A stretch of 64,000 nt of DNA, taken from NCBI GenBank assembly GCA_963693365.1, contig CAVNZM010000001.1:1435827-1499826 (forward strand). The letters are read 5' to 3'. Numbering within the stretch: position 1 is the stretch's first letter; each line of letters starts with the position of its first letter. A model generated the notes under the pieces. That model was given only the letters and a program-made list of their open reading frames with translations, made no database searches and was not told the DNA's origin. Source of the stretch: Amoebidium appalachense (taxonomy: Eukaryota > Protista > Ichthyosporea). Shown one piece after another: positions 28,260 through 39,759 of the stretch. The position numbers and the translations under genes were made by a program.

Positions 28260-28580
28260 CTAGGCATTGTGCTTGCAGTCTTTGCGGGGGTGTGTGCCAG
28301 AGCAGAGCGGGCACACGTGGGAGAAGGGGCAGGGCTGCTTAGCGCAGGACCGACCGTTGTGGAAATTCCTGCAGTGTGTCGCGGGTAGATCCACGGGTCG
28401 GGCCGGTGGTGCCGGGCCGGGTTGCGGGCCGGGTCGGTTGGGGGTTTGGCCCCCGCCGGGCTTGTGGGGCGGCTCGAAACCATCAAGACCACAGCCGGGC
28501 TTGGGGTACATGGGGCAGGCCGCGCTGGGGTGGTCGGGGAAGCCGCAGCGCTGACATGCGTCCGGTATGAGCAGAGTGGG
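28260..28580 (-). pseudogene. Gag-like C-terminal fragment of the YR element
   Basis: CQRCGFPDHPSAAC (CCHC knuckle) and CRNFHNGRSCAKQPCPFSHVCPLCSGTHPRKDC, typical of DIRS/Ngaro ORF1. Confidence 0.8.
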
Positions 28581-28965
28581 TTTCCTAATAGTCGACACTC
28601 TCAAAGTGAAGACACATTGCAATAAACCGAATTCCATATATATATATATATATATATATTGTCCAATCACAACACACATATATTAATAGACAGGAATGCA
28701 CAACACGATCTACAGATGTACTCGCTCGCGACTATTGGCGAGCCATCCTATTGAGAACAAAACTAAGCCATTTTGAAATAAAGGAAAGACAACGAGTGTA
28801 GCTAGCCAATCACGCTACCTCTCAGATAAACAGAGGAGAGCAAACAGAAATAAAATACAATAAGTTCTTATCAGGCAAGAGAGCCAGGTGTGCACAGATC
28901 TACAGATATCTGTGCTTACAGAAACAAGGGAGAGAGAGATACGAGGGGGGAGGGGGGGGGGGTGT

Positions 28966-29017
<52 letters not shown>

Positions 29018-29255
29018 AGAAAAGAGAAAGAGCACAAAGAAGGAAAGCAGACACGAATACAAACAAAGCTAAGACACATACATACTTCAAGGCTCTTGTT
29101 GTCATACATGGTGACGTATTCCAACAATTGGTCACGGTGTCCACAGGGCTGCTCGAGGCCGAGTGGAAGGTTGGGGACCCAGGACGAACCGGAGTCATGT
29201 AGCCAGGTTAATGCACAGCAACGGGGGGTGCCGGCAGCAAAGGTTGTTGGCCGGT

Positions 29256-29292
<37 letters not shown>

Positions 29293-29369
29293 CTCGGGGG
29301 AGGAACGGGTTCGACCGGGGCTGGTTGGTTGTGCCAGGACGGATGGGTGATGACTACAGACGGAATTTC

Positions 29370-30294
29370 TGTTGTAATACGTAGTATCTACATATGGTAA
29401 GATCTTCTCAGTTTGTGTTATGTTTCAGTTCATATGCTTAGTGTATATGCCACACTCCTATTATGTAAAGTGTAGCATCGATCTCCGATATGCTTGTATA
29501 CTTGTAATCGTGTTGTATCGGCTCTAATCGTGTATTGTAATATCGATTAGAATATTTATATGTGTGTACACAGATCCACCCACTCAGGGAGAGACGTGTA
29601 CATGTTCGTGTGTACATAAATATCTCTGGTTATAGTTATGCTATTACTATCTTGTTTGTTGATCTGTGCTCTCTTTTCCTTTCTCTTTCTCCTTCCTTAT
29701 TTTCTTTTCTTTCTCTCCTTGTCTTGATGTGTATAATCGTATTTCTTTTCTACTAATATATGTTAGGTAGATTTGTGTTACTTAATACGTGTTCATTGGA
29801 CGTTAACACACTTAGGCTACACTTAGAATAGCATGTGTGTTTAGACTTCATTAATTTACTTTAGTTTTCATGTGTTGCCGGGCTTTAACCAATCATCAAG
29901 GTTAAGTGTGATATGTCTGAGTCTTTGCAGTATGTCATAGGTTAGAATTTCCTTGATGATGACACGAGTTGACCTTAACTAGTGTCTGTGTCCTATCGTG
30001 TGCGTCTCCGCGTACCGGATCTCTCTGAAAGCAATTGGTTCTTAGTGATTGGTTTCTATTAGAGATAGATCTGATTTCCGACTGGTCGGAAATCATGTAT
30101 GGATTGGACTTAGAGGAATTTCAGGTATTTATTCGAAGATCAGAATAAATTCAGTTCAGTCGTGTCTAAACATTGATGTCTGTTGTGTACACTGCTCCGA
30201 TCGTTCCGTGTTTTGTTGTTGTGTGTGTCTGTGGTGTTTTCACACTGCACCACTGTGTCTCTGCTTTCATCCCAAATATTTATACAATTAAACA
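29370..30294 (+). mobile_element. Solo LTR, family B
   Basis: 925 bp, TG...CA termini, TSD ATTTC. Confidence 0.95.
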
Positions 30295-30737
30295 ATTTCA
30301 TCGTCGTAGTCGGAGGGGGGGGTCCAATGTCGGCAGATCGGGTTTGGGGGGGATCGGGGACCTGATTGGTGCTGCTCGTGAATTTTGACTCGTCAAAAAT
30401 CACGTCACGGCAGATCTTGACCTGGTTGCTGGCATGGTCGAGGATCTTGCGTGCCTTCGAGTGCATATCCCAGCCGACGTAGGTGCCGACTCTGACGGTT
30501 GATGCAAGCTTGTTCCTCTTGGATCGGGAACATGGACATAGGCAGGGGAGCCCAACACGTGGAGCTGGGATACGTTGAGTTTGAAGCCATGGAAGGCCTC
30601 GAAGGGGGTGTTGCCGTTGGTAGCAGATGACGGTGTGACGTTGATGATGTAGCCAGCATGCTTGAGAGCAGCAACCCACAACTTGGGAGAGAGAGGTTGG
30701 TCCTTGTCGGCATGGAGGAAGCAATGGACTGTCTCTT

Positions 30738-31650
30738 TGTCATCTTCCCATGATTAACGGAAAGACTTAGAAGTTGAGTTTTATATATGTTTACTAGTTT
30801 GCTGTAGTTTGTTTCCTTTTCCCTTTTCCTTTCTTCCTTTCTTTCTTTCCTTTCTGTTTCTGTGTGCACAAATATCTTAGATCTGTGTACACATCGAGCT
30901 ATTTAGCCCGCGCACACGTATTGTTGTTTGCGTCAATATCTAAATAAGTCATCCAATCAAATATCGTTATATTTTCCCAAATATAGTAACCTACATTCCT
31001 CATTAATTCTATTTGATTCCTTTCCCATTCCATTCCTTTCTATCCTCATTCCTTTTCCTTCTTTTCCCACGACATAGAATTGCTCTATGTTCCCCAACTA
31101 TTAGGAATACTTATATTTAGACGTGTTATGTTAAGAACATGTATAAATATATGATGTGAACTAATAGATACATAAGTGATTTCTTTTTGTTAAATGTTTC
31201 CGTACTTTTATTAGAAGATTACTTTCATTAGAGGATTGCGTTTTATCTTCTATGTGTCGACAGGCATTTCCATCGATATAATTTACCCTCATAGTTTTCG
31301 TCTTTCTGATTGAATAATAGAGTTTTCGTTCTTTTGATTGGCTTATCGATTTCACATTCCTGAGTATAAAAGGAACTTCATCTTGAAATAAATATCAAGC
31401 AGTCGAATTCATTTCCTATGGTCCCAGTAATCGTTCCATCCCTCCGGTTGTGTTTCTCCCGTGTGTCTCTGTGTTGTGTATAACATAACACCCATCTGTG
31501 CTCTCTGCTTCCCCGTTTACCCACCCAAAACAACAGGTTTACGGCCCCTTTGCACGCTAACACACAATCTCGTTACAACCGCGAAATTCCTCCGTACATA
31601 CTGCTTCAACCATGACTGACAAACCGTCGTACATCAACCTTCCACAATGG
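30738..31650 (+). mobile_element. Family A-like 5' LTR plus PBS and gag start, remainder deleted
   Basis: LTR 30738-31535, PBS GGTTTACGGCCCC, ATGACTGACAAACCG at ~31613, then rejoins the host integrase. Confidence 0.88.
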
Positions 31651-32109
31651 AGGTCTCTCATCTTCAAGCGTTCAACGACACCGTTGTGCTGGGGTGTGTC
31701 GACGGGGGCAAACTCCATGATGATGCCTTTCTGCTTGCAGTAGGCCTCGGTGTCCCTTGATGTGAACTCGGAACCGGAGTCATAACGAAGATGGGTGACG
31801 ATCTCAGGAGTTTGACGTTCGACTGTTTCAACGAGAGACTGGATGTAGCTGAGGGTTTCAGCCCGATTGTAGAGGGGGAACACGGTGGTGTAACCAGTGG
31901 CATCACAAACACACATGAGAGCAACCTTGTAGCCGCCGCAGGAAGCATAGGGAGCTTCGAAGAAGTGCAGGTGCCACTTGGCGCCGGGGATGGTGAAACG
32001 GGAACGGGTGCCGGGAAACGGAGCCTTGGTGGTCTTGCCAGACATGCAGCCGAAGCAGTCACTGTGGTCGGTGGACTGGAGGGAGGGGGCCATGCCGATG
32101 ACAAGCTCA

Positions 32110-33034
32110 TGTTGTAATACGTAGCATTTACATATGGTAAGATCTTCTCAGTTTGTGTTATGTTTCAGTTCATATGCTTAGTGTAAATGCCACACTCCTA
32201 TTATGTAAAGTGTAGCATTGATCTCCGATATGCTTGTATACTTGTAATCGTGTTGTATCGGCTTTAATCGTGTATTGTGATATCGATTAGAATATTTATT
32301 TGTATGTACACGGATCCACCCACTCAGGGAGAGACGTGTACATGTTCGTGTGTACATAAATATCTCTGGTTATAGTTATACTATTACTATCTTGTTTGTT
32401 GATCTGTGCTCTCTTTTCCTTTCTCTTTCTCCTTCCTTATTTTCTTTTCCTTCTCTCCTTGTCTACATGTGTATAATCGTATTTCTTTTCTACTAATATA
32501 TGTTAGGTAGATTTGTGTTACTTAATACGTGTTCATTGGACGGTAACACCCTTAGGCTACACTTAGAATAACATGTGTGATTAGACTTCATTAATTTACT
32601 TTAGTTTTCATGTGTTGCCGGGCTTTAACCAATCATCAAGGTTAAGTGTGATATGTCTGAGTCTTTGCAGTGTGTCATAGGTTAGAACTTCCTTGATGAT
32701 GACACGAGTTGATCTTAACTAGTGTCTGTGTCCTATCGTGTACGTCTCCGCGTACCAGATCTCTCTGAAAGTAATTGGTTCTTAGTGATTGGTTTCTATT
32801 AGAGATAGATCTGATTTCCGACTGGTCGGAAATCATGTATGGATTGGACTTAGAGGAATTTCAGGTATTTATTCGAAGATCAGAATAAATTGAGTTCAGT
32901 CGTGTCTAAACATTGATGTCTGTTGTGTACACTGCTCCGATCGTTCCGTGTTTTGTTGTTGTGTGTGTCTGTGGTGTTTTCACACTGCACCACTGTGTCT
33001 CTGCTTTCATCCCAAATACTTATATAATTTAACA
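32110..33034 (+). mobile_element. Solo LTR, family B, with mismatched flanks
   Basis: 925 bp; flanks GCTCA and GTTTG do not form a TSD. Confidence 0.92.
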
Positions 33035-34708
33035 GTTTGGGTAGTTGGTCGATGTTGATGGGGGGACCGGGGGGAAGTGGCAGGGTGGTGGTGGCTTGAA
33101 GTCCAACCTTGCCCTGTAGATGGGCAGAACGACGGGGTGCAGGAACCGGGGTGGGTGGAGACGGGGGGGGGGGGGGGGGGGGGGAACTTGGAAGTTCGGA
33201 ATTGCAGGGGGGGGCAACCTCCGGGCTTGACGGGGCCGAGTGGAAGTTGTCAGGGGAGCCGGGTCGGATGGGGGTTACGTTGCCAGGGGCAGGATGATGT
33301 CGGCAGGCTGGACGGGCACGGGGGCAGGGGGCCCGGTGGGGGGGGATGTCGGGGGAACGACGATGGCAGGAGGGGGGCCAGAGTACACCAGACAAACATC
33401 ATCTTCAGGGTCAACGGTGGGGGGTGGGGTGGTCGAGGTGGCAGTGGTGTCTGTTATAATACGTGGTATTTACATATTGTAAGATCTTCTCAGTTCGTGT
33501 TATGTTTTCATTCATTCACTTAGTGAAAGAGATGTGCTCCTTGTACGTAAATTATGAGATCGATCTCCAGTGTATTTGAGTACTTGTAATCGTGTTGTGT
33601 CGGCTATATTCGTGTGTTTAGATATCGATTACAGCAACTGATTATAGGTACACGAGTCTACCCAGTGAGGGAGAAACGTGTACATGTTATGTGTACATGA
33701 ATATCTTCGGTTATAACTGTGTTTTGCTGTTCGTGTTTTCTGTCCTGCTTTCTTTTCTTTTTCCTCTTTCTTCTTCTTTCTTTTCTCTTTCTTTCTTCTC
33801 TTGTTTCCTTTCACATAATTATATTTCTCTCTCACTAATATACGTTGAGTAGATTTATATTACTCGTTATGTTTTGATTGGTAGAAAAACACTTAGGCTA
33901 CACTTTAGCTTGTCAGGTATGATTCATAGCTTAGTCAAACACTTTTGTTTTGTGTGTTGCCGTACTATATCCAATCAGTGGACCTAGTCAGAAAATGTCT
34001 GAGTCTTTGTAGCCGATGATAGGTTAGAAACATCACCTCTTTCCTCGTTACTCTTCACCTCTTTTCTTTCTTATAGCTGTGACCTATGGTGTGCGTTCCT
34101 GTGCCTCCGGATCTATCCGGGAAATAATCAGTTAATTGTGATTGGTTATTTTAGACATAGATCTGATTTCCGACTGGTCGGAAATCATGTATGGATTTAA
34201 CTTAAGGGAATTTCAGGTATTTATTAGCGATCAAAATAAATTGAGTTCAGTCGTGTCTACACATTGATGTCTGTTGTGTACACTTCTCCGATCGCTCCGT
34301 GTTTTGTTGTTGTGTGTGTCTGTGGTGTTTTCACACTGCACCACTGTGTCTCTGCTTACATCCCAAATACTTATACAATTTAACAGTGTCGGGGGTCGGA
34401 AGTGTTGATGGGATGTCGGACGGGAGATAAGCTGATTCGTCGAAAATCACATCACGGAAGAGGCCGACACGATGGGTGTTGGGGTTGAAGATCCGTAGGC
34501 AGTGTGATTGAAGATCATAGCTGATATACATGCCGAGTTTGACGGTGGGGGCCAGCTTGTTCCGTTTAGAGGCTGGCACATGAGTGTAGGCAGGGCAACC
34601 GAACACTTTGAGCTCGGAGATGTCGGGCTTGACACCGTAGAAAACCTCGAATGGAGTACGACCATTGGCAGCCGTGGACGGGGTGACGTTGATGATGTAG
34701 GCAGCATG
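33035..34708 (-). pseudogene. Copia (D-like) post-integrase fragment interrupted by a solo LTR
   Basis: VFGCPAYTHVP...RDVIFDE in ORF 34331-34606 and a proline-rich linker ending PINIDQLPK. Confidence 0.82.
33452..34385 (+). mobile_element. Solo LTR, diverged family B variant
   Basis: TGTTA...TAACA termini, TSD GTGTC; 3' third nearly identical to LTR B, middle diverged. Confidence 0.92.
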
Positions 34709-34875
34709 TTTATTCGAAGATTATAATAAATTGAGTTCAGTCGTGTCTAAACATTGATGTCTGTTGTGTACACTGCTCCAATCGTTCCGTGTCTTGTTGT
34801 TGTGTGTGTCTGTGGTGTTTTCACACTGCACCACTGTGTCTCTGCTTCCGTCCCAAATACTTATATAATTTAACA
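34709..34875 (+). mobile_element. 3' fragment of LTR B
   Basis: Matches the last ~165 bp of LTR B, ending AATTTAACA. Confidence 0.85.
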
Positions 34876-35098
34876 CTCCCCCCCCCCCCCCCCTCCCCCT
34901 CTAGGGCCTTTAAATCTCTTATAAGGCTCCACATTTAGTGAGAACACACACTGTGAGTAGAGGTTTGTAGTATGTGGGTTTTGGGGACAATTCTTGCCCT
35001 GTTGAGCAAAAACTAGGAAGCTCCAGATATGTGTGTATGTGTTTTTGCTGGGTAGAGATTGGGGTGGGCTGGGGTGGAGCTTTCTTTTGGCGGGGAAT

Positions 35099-35152
<54 letters not shown>

Positions 35153-35521
35153 AGCTTCTGCGTCGCAGAATGGGAGTAGGGGCCAGTGATTGCAAGGGAT
35201 GCAGGGGGGGGGGGGGGGAGACACCATCGTCGGGGTTGAAGGTAGAGAGGGCAAGAGGCCCGGGGTGGGGTGGGGTGGGGGGGGGGGGGGGACAGTAGGT
35301 GCCATATGGAGGGCTGTCAACATGGTTAGTGAGCAAAAGGATGGCGGTCCCATGGTCTGGGAGGAGGGGGAGTGGGGAAGGATCGTGGGCACATGGGTTT
35401 GGGGGGAAGGCAGAGAGGGGGAAAGGATTGTGATCACAAGGGTTTAGGGGAAGGAAGGGGGAAGGATTGTAGGTACATGGGTTTAGGGGGGGAGGGGGGG
35501 GGGGAAGATTTTGGGGGAAAG

Positions 35522-36270
35522 TGTTGTTTTTGTACGGGTCTAAGGGAGCAGAGTGCACAGAGGTGTCATGTAAAACACGACTAACACATTAATGAGAGGG
35601 CAATCGGAGTTGTTCACGAGACATTGAAAGATTCAAACAACAACTAGTAAATCTTTATTGTGCTCTCGGTTCCTTTTTGTACTTGCGACTTATCATCTTA
35701 TCACAACTAAAGAGGGAGAACCAATCGGTTCTATCAGAAGATAGAAAAACACATTCCGACAGAGCATACGCATTCCAACTTCCGATTAAACTAAAGTTTA
35801 GAAACTCTTACTTAAATAAATTAAGTAATTATACATCTAGTCACTATTAACTCACATATATATTTATGTTCGTCTCTATAAAGAAACTTATTTAAATACA
35901 TATATTTCCTAATAGTCGACACTCTCAAAGTGAAGACACTTTGCAATAAACCGAATTCCATATATATCTATTGTCCAATCACAACACACATATTAATAGA
36001 CAGGAATGCACAACACGATCTACAGATGTACTCGCTCGCGACTATTGGTGAGCCATCCTTTTGAGAACAAAACTAAGCCATTTTGAAATAAAGGAAAGAC
36101 AACGAGTGTAGCTAGCCAATCGCGCTACCTCTCAGATAAACAGAGGAGAGCAAACAGAAATAAAATACAATAAGTTCTTATCAGGCAAGAGAGCCAGGTG
36201 TGCACAGATCTACAGATATCTGTGCTCACAGAAACAAGGGAGAGAGAGATACGGGGGGGGGGGGGGGGGG

Positions 36271-36314
<44 letters not shown>

Positions 36315-39300
36315 ACAAAGAAGGAAAGCAGACACGAATACAAACAAGCTAAGACACATACATACTTCAAGGCTCTTGCTGTCATACATGGTGACGTATT
36401 CCAACATCCCCACTCAAGGGGTTGAAGTTTGTGTTCTCGTGTCTGTTGATGTGACGGTAGATGAGGTCCAAACACAGGAGGGGCCGTCACACTCAAGTTT
36501 CCCCACTCGAGGATGCAAACCGAAGATCCTTGAGGTGGGAAGGAGAGAATCAAAACTGAAGAGCACTGTTCCAACGACGGTTGCCTCTGAAGACTCGGAA
36601 CAATAAATCATGGTGGTTATCGTCGATATATATATATAGAGGAAACACTAGTGTATGTGTGACGTGTTGGTGGCTAATGTTTTATACTGGGGACCACCCA
36701 GGTAAACACAAGGCATGAAGATCTTGTGGACTGATTTATAGACTGGTTGTCAACCAGTTAAGACACGGGGAAGGTGCATCCCGTGGACTAGGTTTAGACT
36801 GGCAGTCAACCAGCTCGCAAGGCTATAGATAATTATTTATACTGGGTCGCTATCCCAGTTCGACATATATATAAAGTCGAATATAGAAGAAAACCAATAT
36901 ATATGGTGGGATATGAATATAAATAAACGACGGATGGTGGAGAATAATCCCCACTGAAGATGCACACACATGACGATGTAAGACTGAGTCCCCACTGATG
37001 AAGAGAAACAATGAGGAGTAGTAGACTTTCGTTGGGAGGCATCTTGATCACCGTAGGTGTGTCAACTGCTGTCCAGGGTCCCAACCTACTCAAAACCACT
37101 CGATGATGAACACCAGTTCACGGGTCAGTCACGGAAACTGAGGTTGGCACGGTGTGTCTCGTGGGTCAGACTAGCCAGAGGCTTGGTGAAGATGTCGTCC
37201 AGGTTCTTCTTGGTGTCGATGTAGTTGACGACTACATCAATGCTGGGTCGGGAGATGCTCACCATAGCCGTGGCTGGCCGGGAGGAGAGACGGGAGGAAC
37301 GACGGGGGACGGGACGGAGGTGCTCAGGGGCCGGGGGGGTGTCTGGGACAGACACTCGGGGTTCGGGGATGGGAGCCTGGAAGCCGGGGATGGGTGCCGT
37401 GTTGAGGGGGGAGTCGGATGACACGGGGCTGGACGGGGCCGAGTGGAACTCCGGAGACCCAGGATGAACCGGGGTTAGATGACCAGGTATGTGGTCATTG
37501 ACGGCAGGGGCCGGCAGCAGGGGTTGCTGGCCGGTGGGGGGGTGGGTGGGTGGACCCACGAGGGCAGGCACACGACGGGGGGAACGATGGAGAATCACTG
37601 ACGGAATCTCATCGTCATCGGAGTGAGGATCCAGGGACGGCAGTGATGGATCGATTGAGGTCGGCTGATTGGTGGCCGGCACAGAAATCTGATTGGATGC
37701 CGTGGTGAATTGTGATTCGTCGAAGACAGGGGCTTCGGAAACGGGGGCAGGCAGCACGGTAGGCTGGCTAGAAACGTGGATGGGAACGGCCGGACCTGGC
37801 AGCACATGTTGCTTGCCGGGGTCGGGGGGTAACGGGGGGGAAACAGCTGCAGGGGTAACTGGGGCCCGTGCAGGGTTTGGGGGAGCTGAGAGCTCGACGA
37901 GGCTGGCCACGTGATCGGAGGAAACTGCTGCCGGAATGCGGGGCAGATCAATGGAATGTGAGGGGTCCGGGGACAGTGACGGCACGGTGGTGGGAACAGG
38001 GTTGGAAATCCTGGAAGGGAGCATGTTGGACGACATGGTAAACGGTTCTGGCAGGGACTCGGGGCCGGGACTCCTAGGGAGTAGGAAAGCACAAAGTGCT
38101 TGGGCTGTGTTGAACACGGGGGACTGGAAAGAAATACCGAATTTGGGTACTTCAGATGGACTTGAGGGAGGATAGTCAAGTCGGATCGAGACGGGGTGTC
38201 AAATGATCGTCGATCGGAATGGAGCCGGGGTTGTGAAATTATAGTCGACTGGTGGTCGACGGGGTTCGAAATCTGACGAGTGATTGAGATTTCGATGTTA
38301 TGGAATGGGAGCCTCCGGGGCAGACAGGGCGGCGCGGTTGAGACCACGTCGGGACAGGGGGACACGTCATGAAGTGTCAAAGAAGAAGTTGGAGCGCGAC
38401 GGCAGAACCAAGGGTGGAGGAAGGTTTGACGTGACGGAGAGGAACCAGGACGGAACTGGAAGGAGGGCAAGCTGAAACTTGCAAGGATGGCACGATTGTC
38501 AAGGCATGACAGAAGCTCTTTTCAAGATGAGTCAGATCTTGTCAAGGGGAGTGACGGAGGACCGGTTCCGGCCGGTCGCGGGAGGAGCCGAGAGGCTAGG
38601 TGACGGCGGGAAGTGCCAGAGACGGAATGTGCAGAAAAGCACAGACGGGTTTAGGGGACGCCAGGGAGAGATGTACACGGCCTCAGCACCAAGTGGAAGG
38701 GGGGGCGGCGTCAATTCACGGAATAGGCACTCAACGTTAACACGCAAGTGACCATTAGATGAGGTGCATGAGGAGCTGACCACAGCTATGATGTGTACCA
38801 GGAATTTAACGATTGCTAGGTCTAGATGTGTTGCGAGAGGGTGCGAAAATGGGCCTTTACCTGTTGTTTTTGTACGGGTCTAAGGGAGTAGAGTGCACAG
38901 AGGTGTCATGTAAAACACGACTAACACATTAATGAGAGGGCAATCGGAGTTGTTCACGAGACATTGAAAGATTCAAACAACAACTAAATCTTTATTGTGC
39001 TCTCGGTTCCTTTTTGTACTTGCGACTTATCATCTTATCACAACTAAAGAGGGAGAACCAATCGGTTCTATCAGAAGATAGAAAAACACATTCCGACAGA
39101 GCATACGCATTCCAACTTCCGATTAAACTAAAGTTTAGAAACTCTTACTTAAATAAATTAAGTAATTATACATCTAGTCACTATTAACTCACATATATAT
39201 TTATGTTCGTCTCTATAAAGAAACTTATTTAAATACATATATTTCCTAATAGTCGACACTCTCAAAATGAAGACACTTTGCAATAAACCGAATTCCATAT

Positions 39301-39590
39301 ATATCTATTGTCCAATCACAACACACACATATTAATAGACAGGAATGCACAACACGATCTACAGATGTACTCGCTCGCGACTATTGGTGAGCCATCCTTT
39401 TGAGAACAAAACTAAGCCATTTTGAAATAAAGGAAAGACAACGAGTGTAGCTAGCCAATCACGCTACCTCTCAGATAAACAGAGGAGAGCAAACAGAAAT
39501 AAAATACAATAAGTTCTTATCAGGCAAGAGAGCCAGGTGTGCACAGATCTACAGATATCTGTGCTCACAGAAACAAGGGAGAGAGAGATA

Positions 39591-39667
<77 letters not shown>

Positions 39668-39759
39668 ACAAAGAAGGAAAGCAGACACGAATACAAACAA
39701 GCTAAGACACATACATACTTCAAGGCTCTTGCTGTCATACATGGTGACGTATTCCAACA
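35522..39759 (-). mobile_element. Non-autonomous Copia derivative with family C LTRs
   Basis: LTRs 38862-39759 (5') and 35522-36406 (3'), TSD GAAAG, PBS-like GGTAAAGGCCC, PPT GAGTGGGGA. Retains only the pol linker and RNaseH tail (DDIFTKPL) in ORF 37125-38117. Confidence 0.93.

Larger units (their letters stand above)
25803..28580 (-). mobile_element. Ngaro/DIRS-like tyrosine recombinase retrotransposon, 5'-truncated and lacking RT/RNaseH
   Basis: Gag-like zinc fingers, YR gene, and an ~82-bp split direct repeat at 25803-25885 and 26361-26443 downstream of the YR. Confidence 0.85.
29127..32109 (-). pseudogene. Copia family A-like integrase/linker fragment with nested LTR insertions
   Basis: ORFs 31557-32093 and 30400-30681 match the integrase of the 50685 polyprotein. 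Confidence 0.88.

Noticed and set aside
36700-36820. IS200/IS605 omega-RNA-like motif (GTCAAC..., GGGATGC)
   Set aside because: Only short word matches; no IscB, TnpB or Fanzor ORF nearby.
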